The notes: generated by a model from the sequence alone, not told the origin. Numbered from the stretch's first letter, positions 23,801 through 32,618 are shown. The stretch: DNA of 45,775 nt from an uncultured bacterium (GCA_965662845.1 CBFIJD010000008.1:47476-93250); one strand, 5' to 3'. Made by a program: numbers and translations.

Positions 23801-24018
23801 TCCTGGGGCTCATGCCGATTGTGTTTGAGCAGTCTTTGCAAGCGCGCTTCATCATTCCGATGGCGATTGGTTTGGCGTTTGGGGTGATGTTCGCGACGGT
23901 GATTATCCTGTTCTTGATTCCAGTGCTTTATCTGATCTTGCACGATCTGCAATCATTGTTTCACCGCAACCGAGATGCCGATGAAATTTCCATGACGGTG
24001 ATCCGCTCTCATTCTTAA
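20884..24018 (+). CDS. RND efflux transporter permease (AcrB/AcrD/AcrF family)
   Basis: 1044 aa. YPGASP.EVE, GIVVDDAIVVGENI, GVVVNDSLILVD and RFRPILLTSLTT.LGL.P. Confidence 0.95.
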   Translation: MIAWMTRHPVASNLLMFLILVGGWTLGSNVKQEIFPEFALDFVNVTVSYPGASPAEVEESLVVPLENALRGVAGIKTIEATAAEGGANLTVEVEAGEDVQRVKDDMQGAVDRITTLPDDAESPRVSAVQLRNEVLNVMVYGDAPERSLREWALEVRNELLNHPGITQVELERLRNFEITIELKQQALSQYGLTLPVIAQKIQQSTLDLPGGRLQTDGGDILIRTKEQRYSGQEYARVPILNTDSGSVLLGDIATIRDGFEESDVRVRYNGFPAERLQVYRVSDQTPTAISEAARGVIVQLENRLPLGVSAAVLFDRSIILQERIDLLLRNLWMGLVLVLLVLALFLNLELSFWIMLGIPISFAGALFVMPSLDASINMISLFAFILVLGIVVDDAIVVGENIYAHHERGESWMRAAVKGTEEIGRPVLTTILTTIAAFLPFFFIPGVFGKFFQVIPYVVIATLIFSLIEVIFILPAHLGHKTPRWIQFFVQPLDDRLRQVRAFCSTHLQRIIEGPYRRYLHLALEFRYATLMLGIVALMLCGGLVGSGHMKFTFFPRIDSDVIFVNASFPFGTTLSVTERLEARLLDEADQLLQGYEQRQGVPVHDGVYSILGGGGTHRLQVILFLKPLGERGFAAQEFARKWETAVGEVAGLERINFNASTGVGAESDIEVQFTHPNGQVLESVVAQVKDALLSYNGVTNVDDSRADGKEEIRLRLSPEGLALGLNARELTRQVSAAFQGLEVTTLLRDSEEVTVKLRLPPEERRSLRDLTGLLVATPQGGQVPLARVALLEQGLAESSITRIDTRRVLNVQADIDASVGGNAGQVIKALQTEVLPSLQEQYPQLQTSFEGAKSDQDETFAGIQQGGVVALFIIYSLLALQFRSYTQPMIIMTAIPFGIVGSVIGHLLLGFDLSVVSVLGIVALSGVVVNDSLILVDFINQKRAQGLSLLPSVVESGMRRFRPILLTSLTTFLGLMPIVFEQSLQARFIIPMAIGLAFGVMFATVIILFLIPVLYLILHDLQSLFHRNRDADEISMTVIRSHS

Positions 24019-24044
24019 CAGTCCCTTTGCTCGTGAAACACCCC

Positions 24045-26327
24045 ATGCCCGAGACCTACCTCTTTCCTGCCGACCAACTCTCCCAAACGTTCCAACAAAG
24101 CTGGAGGGAACAAGGCGCTCTGGAACTCAGCCTTGACGGGTGCCGACTGCGCGTTGTGACTCGCCCTGCATGGACGATGAAATCAGTAGATGGCAGCGGA
24201 CAACGCCAGTTTTATTGGGCCGAAGGGCGTGTGTTGTTGCAGCGGGCAAGCGGCCTGTGGACCAATGCCGATCAGGCGGCGTTTGAGGACTGCCTGACAG
24301 ACGTGTTGCAGGCGCTCCCCGAGCGTAACCACTACATGATCTATCCAGAGGTTGACTTTTGTGAGCAGGATTCCTTTCAACTCGCCGTGTTGCAGTTTTG
24401 GCGGCAGGAAGCCTCGAAAGTTGGGGAAGTCGCGGTGGTGCTGAACCCGTTTTTTCGCACCCACGCGATGCGCTTGCGGCTCTCGCTCTCTCGCTCAGCA
24501 GAGCAACTTGGGGTGTATGAAGACGCGACCGCGGCGCTGCAATATCTCCTGCGCCGACCCATCCAGCCCGTGCCGACCGAACCCACGACGCAAGCCGACT
24601 TCAGCAGGCTGTTCCCACAGACTCCGCGAGAACAAGAACAAGCGCTCGAGATGATTTCAAAGATGGTGCTCACGCCGCCGAATGAACCCTATGAAGTGGC
24701 GCTCCCAGAACAAGTTTCAACGGATCTGCGGCATTTCTATGAAGCGTTGCGGTTGCTGCGCGGTCACATGGAAGAGCAGGCGCGCCGTTACCAAGAGCAG
24801 CTACAGACGCGCGACAACATCATCACCGCGCATGTGCGACAGCTGGAAGATCAGCTGGAGTGGGCCCGTTTTGCAGAGCGTTTGGGAGAGCTGACGTCGT
24901 GGCGGGTCCGTCTACGGACGATGCGTTTGGAGTTTCAAGACCAAAACGATTGGGAAGAGTGGGGGCTGCCCGCTCGTTTGCGAGAACGGCCCGCGTTGGA
25001 GATCGCCGAGTTCATGGCGACGGAGCTGGTGCACCCAGAAGACGCGACCACCTTTTTGCGCACGTTTCAAAATGCCCTAGAGACGTGGTCTGGCTTTGAT
25101 ATCACCTTCCGAATGCGAGATGCCTCCGGAGTCTGGCTGCACGTGCGGAACCTCGCGACCTTTCACCAAGGAGCCAGTGAAGAGGCCTTTTTGATGGGGG
25201 GGCTGCAAGACTTGACCTTGATGACGGTCATGCACGATGAGCGAAGGCGCCATCAACAACGCATGGAAGCGGCGGTTGCCCAGGCCTATCACCCGATCTT
25301 GCTGCTGTCGTTAGAAGGCGCGATTCTCAAAGCGAATCATGCGGCAGAGGATCTTCTGCAAGGTCAGCTGGTGGGCAAATCGTTACACTCGCTGGTGCAG
25401 CCAGAGGAGCGTCCGCTAGTAGACCAGCTCCTTGAGCAACTCGCTGGGGGAGCGCAGAAGAGGCTACAGGCCATGTTGCAAATGTGGAGATCGGAAAGGC
25501 CGCTGCCGGTCCGGTTGAGCCTCGCGGCGATTTTAGATGGCCAACAAGAGCTGGAGGGGCTGATCGCGCATGTGGAAGACCTCTCTGAGCTGCGGACGAC
25601 CCAAGACATGCTGGCGCAGTCAGCCAGGCTCGCGACGATCGGAGAAACCGCCGCGAGCTTGGCCCATGAACTCAAGTCTCCGCTGGGAGCGATCCGTCTG
25701 AAGGCCGAGATGCTAATGATGCTCTCTGAAACCCAAGAGAGCCTTCCGAGCGCGCGGGTGAACAGCAAACTGCAAGAAGTTGTTAAAATTGCCGATAAGG
25801 CGAACCAACTGTTGCAGCAGATGCGTAATTTTTCGAGGAATGCGCAGCGAGAGGAGAAGCAATACTGTCAATTGAGCGTGATTTTGACAGATGTTTTGTT
25901 ACTCATTCAAGGGTCGTTAGACAAATCGCAGGTGAAAGTGCACCTGAAGTTGCCCCCGCAGCTCCCTCCAGTGTGGGGGAACCCAACTCAGCTGGAACAA
26001 GTGTTCATCAATCTGTTCAGCAACGCCCGAGACGCAATGGAACATCGCTCGAATCGGCAAATTATCGTCAGCGCGGAGGGAGTCGAAGTGATGCACGTGC
26101 AGGTGAAAGACACAGGGGCTGGGATGTCCGAGGAAGTCAGGAGTCGGCTGTTTGAGTCGTTTTACACCACGAAAAAACGAGGAGAAGGCACCGGTTTGGG
26201 AATGGCGATTGTGCGACGCATCATTGAAGAGCACCACGGCACCATAGAAGTTGAGAGCGTCGTGAATGAGGGGACTACGTTTCACCTGCGGTTGCCACTC
26301 AACCCCGAGTTCGCCAAGACTGCGTGA
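24045..26327 (+). CDS. Cytoplasmic PAS-domain sensor histidine kinase (NtrB-like core)
   Basis: VHPED PAS motif and a second PAS. H-box ARLATIGETAASLAHELKSPL, N-box QLEQVFINL..NA.DA, DTGAGM, F.T.K...GTGLG. No TM segment seen. Confidence 0.9.
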   Translation: MPETYLFPADQLSQTFQQSWREQGALELSLDGCRLRVVTRPAWTMKSVDGSGQRQFYWAEGRVLLQRASGLWTNADQAAFEDCLTDVLQALPERNHYMIYPEVDFCEQDSFQLAVLQFWRQEASKVGEVAVVLNPFFRTHAMRLRLSLSRSAEQLGVYEDATAALQYLLRRPIQPVPTEPTTQADFSRLFPQTPREQEQALEMISKMVLTPPNEPYEVALPEQVSTDLRHFYEALRLLRGHMEEQARRYQEQLQTRDNIITAHVRQLEDQLEWARFAERLGELTSWRVRLRTMRLEFQDQNDWEEWGLPARLRERPALEIAEFMATELVHPEDATTFLRTFQNALETWSGFDITFRMRDASGVWLHVRNLATFHQGASEEAFLMGGLQDLTLMTVMHDERRRHQQRMEAAVAQAYHPILLLSLEGAILKANHAAEDLLQGQLVGKSLHSLVQPEERPLVDQLLEQLAGGAQKRLQAMLQMWRSERPLPVRLSLAAILDGQQELEGLIAHVEDLSELRTTQDMLAQSARLATIGETAASLAHELKSPLGAIRLKAEMLMMLSETQESLPSARVNSKLQEVVKIADKANQLLQQMRNFSRNAQREEKQYCQLSVILTDVLLLIQGSLDKSQVKVHLKLPPQLPPVWGNPTQLEQVFINLFSNARDAMEHRSNRQIIVSAEGVEVMHVQVKDTGAGMSEEVRSRLFESFYTTKKRGEGTGLGMAIVRRIIEEHHGTIEVESVVNEGTTFHLRLPLNPEFAKTA

Positions 26328-26401
26328 ACAAAGCGTTTTTTGACGCTTAACAAATGAATCACCGCTTTTCTGACAAAGAACAGATTTTTTGCCGCAGAGG
26401 G

Positions 26402-26430
26402 TTTACAAGCGCTAAACAAGGTGTTACCTT
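26402..26430 (+). promoter_or_regulatory. sigma70-type promoter with no downstream same-strand CDS
   Basis: TTTACA (26402-07), 17-bp spacer, TACCTT (26425-30), with extended -10 TG at 26422-23. Confidence 0.55.
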
Positions 26431-26432
26431 TT

Positions 26433-26620
26433 TGTGCCTGTCTGGAAGCGATGCCCGCCGCCAAGGGCTTTCCGACGCTATCAATCGACGTGCTTGCAGG
26501 ATGCAACTTAAACAGGGTTTAAGAGCGTCGATTGTGTTCTAGCGCAGTGAAACTCAGCTTGCCTCGCCCTTTCGATGCTCCGCCCACGATCCCCTCATCC
26601 CACAAAATTGCTTCGGCACA
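26433..26620 (+). ncRNA. Candidate structured non-coding RNA (~185 nt), family unassigned
   Basis: Nested stems TGTGCC/GGCACA, GAAGCGAT/ATTGCTTC, AAGGGC/GCCCTT, CGCTA/TAGCG and CAATCGACG/CGTCGATTG, capped by hairpins TTGCA-GGA-TGCAA and CTTAAAC-AGG-GTTTAAG. Lies in a 390-bp convergent spacer behind a promoter. Confidence 0.5.
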
Positions 26621-26715
26621 CCTCCGTTGTCTGAACACCTTCAAAAGCTCTTCCCAAAAGTCAGTGCAAAGTTTTACAAATAAGCAAATGGAAGCGACGT
26701 CCGTGGCGTTGGCGC

Positions 26716-27933
26716 TTAGCCAGGAAGCGAGAGACGTCCCAGAAGGCGGGTGCCCTGATTGCCGGTAATTCCAGGGAAAGAAGCGCCTTCTCCCCGTAAA
26801 AATTGTCGACCCAGCACGGCGAAGCTGAAGGCTTCTCGGGCGTCTTGAGGTAGCCCTAGCTCGTCTGAAGTTTTGAAGGTCACAGAGGCCAACCGTTGTT
26901 GTAGGCGTTCGCACAAGTAGAGATTGTGCGCGCCTCCCCCGCTCAGAAAGACGGTTTCGGGCAGTAGAGGGAGATAGCGCTCGTAGCTCTGTGCGATGGT
27001 TTCCACAGTGAGTTGCGTGAGGGTGGCGAGTATATCTGTGGTCGAGAGCTTGTGAGCCGCCGCTTGCTGAAGATATTCCTTGAGCAGCTCCGGGCCAAAC
27101 TCTTCTCGACCGGTAGACTTGGGGGGAGGCTGCTGAAAGTAGGGATGTTGCATCCAGCGCGAAAGCAGGGCCTCACAAACGGAGCCGGCTCGAGCGAGTG
27201 CTCCGTTCTCATCGTGAGTTTGTTTGGGACACAGTTCCTGAACGGCCAGATTCATCAAAACGTTTGCAGGCCCCGTATCAAAGGCGAGCACGTCGTCGGA
27301 CTTTCCGCTGGCTGGGAGGTAGGTGACATTGCTGATCCCACCTAAGTTGTGCAGAGCAATCGCTCTTCCTGATTGACCAAACAGCAGAAAATCAACGTAT
27401 GGGAGCAAGGGCGCGCCGGTGCCGCCCCCTGCCAAGTCCTTCATCCGAAAGCTACTCACCACAGGCAAACCGGTGCCGTGAGCGATGTGATCTGGGTCGC
27501 CGAGTTGCCACGTCGCCGGCTGAGCTTGGGGAAAGGGCGCGGTCAAATCAGCGCGCAGAGACGACTCAGGGGGCAGATGCAAGACGGTTTGACCATGGCT
27601 AGCAATCGCATCGACTGTGGGCAAAGCGATGTGCCAGTCGGTGCATTGCTGGCGAACCAATGTCGCGCAGTAAGACCCGAAGAGCACATCAAATTGACAG
27701 AGCTCGGCAGGGGTGACGCGCTCCGGATTCGTGACCTGTGACAAGAGCCGCTGCCAGTCGGAGGGATAAGGCACCGTGGTGAACTTCTCGAGCTCTACTT
27801 CAGGCATCACGTCGTGTCCGCGCAGGGTGACAAGCGCGATGTCCAGACCGTCCAACGAGGTGCCGGACATCAAACCGATCCAGCGCGTTGCGGTTTGGTG
27901 GCGCAGCCCTTCCCAGCGAGCCCAAGGATTCAA
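26716..27933 (-). CDS. anmK: Anhydro-N-acetylmuramic acid kinase
   Basis: IGLMSGTSLDGLD, SHGQTV.H, FR.KDLAGG.GAPL.P, NLGGISN, FDTGPAN and PPKSTGRE.F. Confidence 0.96.
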   Translation of the reverse strand: MNPWARWEGLRHQTATRWIGLMSGTSLDGLDIALVTLRGHDVMPEVELEKFTTVPYPSDWQRLLSQVTNPERVTPAELCQFDVLFGSYCATLVRQQCTDWHIALPTVDAIASHGQTVLHLPPESSLRADLTAPFPQAQPATWQLGDPDHIAHGTGLPVVSSFRMKDLAGGGTGAPLLPYVDFLLFGQSGRAIALHNLGGISNVTYLPASGKSDDVLAFDTGPANVLMNLAVQELCPKQTHDENGALARAGSVCEALLSRWMQHPYFQQPPPKSTGREEFGPELLKEYLQQAAAHKLSTTDILATLTQLTVETIAQSYERYLPLLPETVFLSGGGAHNLYLCERLQQRLASVTFKTSDELGLPQDAREAFSFAVLGRQFLRGEGASFPGITGNQGTRLLGRLSLPG

Positions 27934-28715
27934 AACTGGTCCTTGAGTTGACGCAGGACACGTAGCACTTCGGAAGGAGAGAGGTCGTTGTGGGGTTCGC
28001 GCGCTGACACTGTGGCGCGGATGGTGGGTTGGTTGGTGCGGAGGAAGGGGTTGGTTGCTCGCTCTTCGGCGACGGTGGTGGGCGTCGTGTACTCGTTCGC
28101 TGCACGCGCTTGTTCGACGTGGGACAGGCGCTCTTGTGCGGCTTCATTATCTGGTTCAACGGTTAGCGCGAAGCGGAGGTTTTTCTCCGTGTATTCGTGC
28201 CCAAAATAGAGCCGCGTGTCGTCGGGCAAGGCGCCGATTTTTTCATTGAGCGAGACGTACATTTGCTGGGGAGTGCCCTCGAAAATTCGGCCACAGCCGG
28301 CGGCAAACAGAGTGTCTCCTGTAAAAGCTTGGTCGCCCCACACAAAGGTGATGGCCCCAGAGGTGTGTCCGGGGTTGTGCAGGACGCTCCCGACGTGGTT
28401 TCCAAAGGTGACCGCGGATTGGTCTTCTAAAAAGTCGGTTTGGCCCGGAATTCGAGAACGATCAGAGGCGTGGGCGCAGACCTTTGCGGCGGGAAACCTT
28501 TCTAGGAGGCCTAGGTTGCCACCCACGTGGTCGTGGTGGTGGTGGGTGTTGAAGATGTAGTGCAGGGGCCAATCTCGCTCGCGGAGCGCGGCCAAGACTG
28601 GCTCAGACGCGGAGGGGTCTACAACGCCCACGGTGCTGGTCTCGGTGCATCGCAGCAAGTAGGCGTAGTTGTCGCGCAAGCAAGGGATCGGGATGATGTC
28701 CAGGGTCTCGCTCAT
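27930..28715 (-). CDS. gloB: Hydroxyacylglutathione hydrolase (glyoxalase II)
   Basis: DNYAY, THHHHDHVGG (MBL motif), PGHT, FTGDTLF.AGCGR.FEG, GHEYT and E.ATNPFLR. Confidence 0.95.
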   Translation of the reverse strand: MSETLDIIPIPCLRDNYAYLLRCTETSTVGVVDPSASEPVLAALRERDWPLHYIFNTHHHHDHVGGNLGLLERFPAAKVCAHASDRSRIPGQTDFLEDQSAVTFGNHVGSVLHNPGHTSGAITFVWGDQAFTGDTLFAAGCGRIFEGTPQQMYVSLNEKIGALPDDTRLYFGHEYTEKNLRFALTVEPDNEAAQERLSHVEQARAANEYTTPTTVAEERATNPFLRTNQPTIRATVSAREPHNDLSPSEVLRVLRQLKDQF

Positions 28716-29071
28716 TCGGAATTCTCGATGGAAACGTCGCGGTGAATGCGTGTCTTCGGCAAGGGTTGTCCGACTGAAGTAATGCGCAGGCCGTAGCGCT
28801 CGTTCAGCACAACAATTTCACCGCGGGCGGTGAAGGTGTCTTGCGACGATCGCCGATCGACGACGACCATGTCAATCGGTTCGCCGAGCAGTTTGTCAAA
28901 GGCGATGGTGGAGCCTTTGCGCAAACCGAGAATGTCGCGCAGCGTCATCGTGGTTCGTGCGACTTCAGCGCTGACAATGACGGGGACATCTTGAAGGAAC
29001 TCAAAGTTTTTGGGCTCTTCCAAGCTGTGAATCGCGGATTGTGCGTAGGGGACGGGAGCAGATCGCATCAT
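28712..29071 (-). CDS. FliN/FliM C-terminal (SpoA) domain protein, second FliN-like paralog
   Basis: L.DVPV.VSAEV.R..M...DIL.L.KGS.I...K..GEP.D and ARGEIVV.NERYGLRIT. Confidence 0.85.
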   Translation of the reverse strand: MMRSAPVPYAQSAIHSLEEPKNFEFLQDVPVIVSAEVARTTMTLRDILGLRKGSTIAFDKLLGEPIDMVVVDRRSSQDTFTARGEIVVLNERYGLRITSVGQPLPKTRIHRDVSIENSE

Positions 29072-29100
29072 TCACCTCCAATGTGAAGTGGTGCGGCGTC

Positions 29101-30273
29101 TCAGGAGGCCTCGCGCAAGCGTTGGAGTCCGGCTTCCAGATCGGCACGCAAATCAGAGAGGGCTTCCAGCCCAATGTGAAGCCGCAGCAGCGGCCCTTGA
29201 AAGCGCCAAGTTGACGCCGTTCGTAAGTGGCGAGGGTTGACTGGCAAGATCAGACTTTCGTACCCGCCCCAAGAATAGCCCATGCCAAACAGTTCCATGT
29301 GGTTGAGCATCAGGCGCACAGCCCGTTGATCGCAAGGGTGCAGCTCGACCCCGAAGAGGCCCGAGGCGCCTTGAAAATCTCGCTTCCAGATTTCATGGCC
29401 GGGGTCTGAGGCGAGCGCTGGATACATCACCTGTTTCACTTCGGGCTGACGCTCAAGCCAAGACGCGATTTCTAGTGTGCTGGCTTGATGTTGACGCAAG
29501 CGCACCGCCAGGGTTCGCAACCCGCGCTGGGCGAGATACAAGTCGTCTGGCCCCACACATTGTCCGAGTTGCCACGTCGAATCTCGCAGCTGCGGCCACA
29601 GTTCGCGCGTGGTGGTGACGGTTCCCAAGCTGACGTCGGAGTGCCCCACCAAATATTTTGTTCCGGCTTGGATGGAGACATCTACTCCGTGTTGAAACGC
29701 TTTGAAATACAGCGGGGTCGCCCATGTGTTGTCAAGCATCACCAAGAGTTGATGAGCGTGGGCGACTCCGATCAAAGTCGGGAGGTCTTGCACTTCAAAG
29801 GTTTGGGAGCCTGGCGATTCTGTGAACAAGACCCTTGTGTTGGGGCGAATCAACTCACGGATGTCTTCGCCAATGCAAGGATCGTAGTATGTTGTCTCAA
29901 TTTGAAAGCGAGAGAGGAATTTGTCACAGAAATCTCGCGTTGGGGCGTAAGCGCTGTCAGTCATCAGCAGGTGATCTCCCGCGCGCAAGAAGGCCAGCAA
30001 GGCGTTGCCGATCGCCCCGATGCCGGAGGGGTAGGTCATCGTCCCAAAGCCGCCTTCCAAGTCAGCCACGGCGTCTTCTAGCGCCCAAGAGGTCGGTGTT
30101 CCTTTGCGCCCGTAGGACGTATGGCGTTGAAGCTCGCCGCTGCGTCCGCGCTCTTCTAATTCTTCGACGGTTTCGGAGAGGATGGTCGAGGCGTGGTAGA
30201 CCGGAGGGTTGACCACACCGTGGTTTTGTTCAGGGTGTCGGCCCGCGCGAATGATGCGAGTGTCGTCGTGCAT
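29101..30273 (-). CDS. metC: Cystathionine beta-lyase
   Basis: VNPPVYHAST, YGRKGTPT, ESPGSQTFEVQD, DNTWATP, AGTKYLVGHSD (PLP Lys) and FGMGYSWGGYESL. ATG at 30273 (MHDDTR). Confidence 0.95.
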   Translation of the reverse strand: MHDDTRIIRAGRHPEQNHGVVNPPVYHASTILSETVEELEERGRSGELQRHTSYGRKGTPTSWALEDAVADLEGGFGTMTYPSGIGAIGNALLAFLRAGDHLLMTDSAYAPTRDFCDKFLSRFQIETTYYDPCIGEDIRELIRPNTRVLFTESPGSQTFEVQDLPTLIGVAHAHQLLVMLDNTWATPLYFKAFQHGVDVSIQAGTKYLVGHSDVSLGTVTTTRELWPQLRDSTWQLGQCVGPDDLYLAQRGLRTLAVRLRQHQASTLEIASWLERQPEVKQVMYPALASDPGHEIWKRDFQGASGLFGVELHPCDQRAVRLMLNHMELFGMGYSWGGYESLILPVNPRHLRTASTWRFQGPLLRLHIGLEALSDLRADLEAGLQRLREAS

Positions 30274-30364
30274 GGAGATGGTTTCAATGAAGTTGGAAAG
30301 TCCGAGGGGCGGTTTCAAGACAGATTTAGAAGAGTAGCACAATCGATGGTCTATACCAAATTCC

Positions 30365-31579
30365 TCAAGGCGTCGTAGACTCGGATCGAGACAAATATCG
30401 CCGGAGCACTTGGCGCCCTTCTTCCAGTTGTTCTGCGTACAGCCGCTTGAGGGACTCTGCGTCCGGCACAATCCCTTGTTCGCGCTTCTCAAAATAGAGA
30501 CACATGGTCTTTCCCAGCGCATAGGTTGTGGCCGCCGTGTAGATGGAGCTAACAACCGCTCCGTAGCCGGGCACCAACTTCGTTAATTCTTTGCCTCCGA
30601 CACTGAGCAACATCCCCAATCCTAGCGCGCCCAAAAACTCGGCGAAGGCCTTCCACGTGACAGACTGGCCATAGATCGAGGCGATGGTTTGAAACAGTTT
30701 GCCTTGAACGGTTGTGACCATCGGCAGGCTGACCAGCGGAATCGGCACCAGCGCCAACCCACCAGAAAGCAAGGCGTGGGCGATGATCTGTGGGTGGGCG
30801 GTTTGGCTGTGCAAATTTTGAAACGCTTGGTTGAGGGGCCGCTGATTCAGAATCATCCCTTGCAACCCCAACGGCATCAGCCGCTCAATCTGTTCCCAAA
30901 GCTCCGCAGTTCCATAGTAAGGATCTGCGTAGCCATCTTCGGGCAATGTGATGTCTACCGCTACAAAGTGAGAGGTCACTTTTGCAAATTGTTCTCTTTG
31001 ATGACGCAGCGAACGAACTAAGTCGGAGGGCAGAGTCGCGGGCCAAGTGTCGCTTTGGAAGGGATAGGGAGTGACGTGCTCGTCGGTGAGGCGCGCATAC
31101 CCCTCGTGCAGATGGGTCTGTACGACCAAGATGGGCCAGTGGGGTTGAGTCTTTCGCACCGTTTGCAAGGCAGCGAGGAGCGGCTGTAGCGCGTGATCTA
31201 AGGCGCGCACCACCACGATCAACAAATGAGATTGCTGCAGAAACTGTTGCAGGTCCTCCGAAGGATCGTAGTTTTGTTCTCCTAACCCGCGGGTGTCGAG
31301 AAAACGAACGATGGGGGCTTGCTCGTTGGGAAATGAGTAAAGTTGAGAAGTCCGAGTGCAGGGCTGAAACCCATTGCCGATTTCAGCGCGAGGGTGGCGC
31401 GTGAGGGCATGAATGATTGAAGTTTTGCCCGACTGCGTTTTGCCGAGTAGCCAGATGACCGGAACCGGTAAGTGCTGGCGAATCTCTTGGAGCTTTTGTT
31501 GGTATGCGTCTTCGTCAACGCGCGGCGTAAATATTTTGTCCCGAGCCCATCCTGTGGCATTGCGCCATCTTGAAGGCAT
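30365..31579 (-). CDS. P-loop GTPase with C-terminal hydrophobic YcjF/DUF697-like domain
   Basis: WLLGKTQSGKTS (G1), GF.PCT (G2), FLDTRGLGE (G3), then hydrophobic helices and A.TYALG. Confidence 0.8.
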   Translation of the reverse strand: MPSRWRNATGWARDKIFTPRVDEDAYQQKLQEIRQHLPVPVIWLLGKTQSGKTSIIHALTRHPRAEIGNGFQPCTRTSQLYSFPNEQAPIVRFLDTRGLGEQNYDPSEDLQQFLQQSHLLIVVVRALDHALQPLLAALQTVRKTQPHWPILVVQTHLHEGYARLTDEHVTPYPFQSDTWPATLPSDLVRSLRHQREQFAKVTSHFVAVDITLPEDGYADPYYGTAELWEQIERLMPLGLQGMILNQRPLNQAFQNLHSQTAHPQIIAHALLSGGLALVPIPLVSLPMVTTVQGKLFQTIASIYGQSVTWKAFAEFLGALGLGMLLSVGGKELTKLVPGYGAVVSSIYTAATTYALGKTMCLYFEKREQGIVPDAESLKRLYAEQLEEGRQVLRRYLSRSESTTP

Positions 31580-31583
31580 GCGT

Positions 31584-31856
31584 TCACAACCCCAAATAGC
31601 GTGGAAAGTTCGAGAAGAGCCCGTTCATGTAGGCCGTCGCTTGCGCCAGCATCCAAGGAAACAAGACGGCCAGAATGACCAGGATGGCGGCCATCTTGGG
31701 AATGATCGCGAGAGTTTGTTCTTGAATTTGAGTGACCGCCTGAAAGATCGAGATGATCAAGCCGACGACCAAGGCTCCCAGCAGCAGAGGCGCTGCGAGG
31801 ATCGTCGTCATCCGCATGGCTTCGTTCATCAGAGAGACAACAAGCGCCTCGGTCAT
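31584..31856 (-). CDS. fliQ: Flagellar export protein FliQ
   Basis: GLIISIFQAVTQIQEQTL..IPK. 90 aa, follows fliP. Confidence 0.96.
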   Translation of the reverse strand: MTEALVVSLMNEAMRMTTILAAPLLLGALVVGLIISIFQAVTQIQEQTLAIIPKMAAILVILAVLFPWMLAQATAYMNGLFSNFPRYLGL

Positions 31857-31865
31857 ACATCCTCC

Positions 31866-32618
31866 TTAGAGCGGTACAAAACTTTTGACGAGAGAGCCGA
31901 CGATCAAGTGCCAACCGTCTACCAAAACAAAGAGCATGAGCTTAAAGGGCAACGAGATCATAATCGGTGGCAGCATCATCATCCCCATGGCCATCAAAAC
32001 AGAGGCGACGACCATGTCAATCACCAAGAAGGGGATGTATAGAATGAAGCCGACCTGAAAAGCCGTCTTCAGCTCGCTGAGTACAAACGCGGGGATCATC
32101 ACCCAAATCGGGACGTCGTCAATGTTGCGGGGCCGAGGAATGTTGGCAATGCGCACGAACAAGGCGAGGTCTTTCTCACGAGTGTGCGGTTGCATGAAGC
32201 GTTTGATCGGCCGCGCGGAGCGATCCAAGAAGGTCTCTTGGGTGATGCGATTGTCCAGATAAGGCTGTAACGCCTGTTCATTGATCTCTTGATACACAGG
32301 CATCATCACAAAGATGGTCAGGAACAGAGAGAGGCCAATGATGATCTGGTTGGAGGGCGTCTGCGGGGTGCCCAACGCTTGGCGCAGAAAGGAGAAGACG
32401 ATGATGAAGCGCGTGAAAGACGTCGTCATGATCAGCAACGCAGGCGCGAGCGACAGCAGCGTGAGGAGAAACACGATCTGCAGCGTGGTGGCCACCTGTG
32501 CGGGCGAATCGGCCTGATCGACGCTGATGTTGATGCCTGGGATGGGCGACTGTGCGGCCACCGGAGCGGCCCACAAGAGAACCAGCAGAGTGACGCCGGT
32601 CCAGAAAATACGCTTCAA
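31866..32618 (-). CDS. fliP: Flagellar export protein FliP
   Basis: TSFTR..IV.S.LRQALGT.Q.P.NQ, PAF.LSELKTAF and MGMMMLPP..ISLPFKLMLFVLVDGW. Confidence 0.97.
   Translation of the reverse strand: MKRIFWTGVTLLVLLWAAPVAAQSPIPGINISVDQADSPAQVATTLQIVFLLTLLSLAPALLIMTTSFTRFIIVFSFLRQALGTPQTPSNQIIIGLSLFLTIFVMMPVYQEINEQALQPYLDNRITQETFLDRSARPIKRFMQPHTREKDLALFVRIANIPRPRNIDDVPIWVMIPAFVLSELKTAFQVGFILYIPFLVIDMVVASVLMAMGMMMLPPIMISLPFKLMLFVLVDGWHLIVGSLVKSFVPL

Noticed and set aside
23053..23952. 299-aa His/Gln-rich minus-strand ORF
   Set aside because: Antisense of hydrophobic RND helices, which explains the H/Q bias.
30274..30555. N-terminal extension of MetC (484 aa)
   Set aside because: Overlaps the GTPase gene. 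MetC-like sequence begins at MHDDTR (30273).
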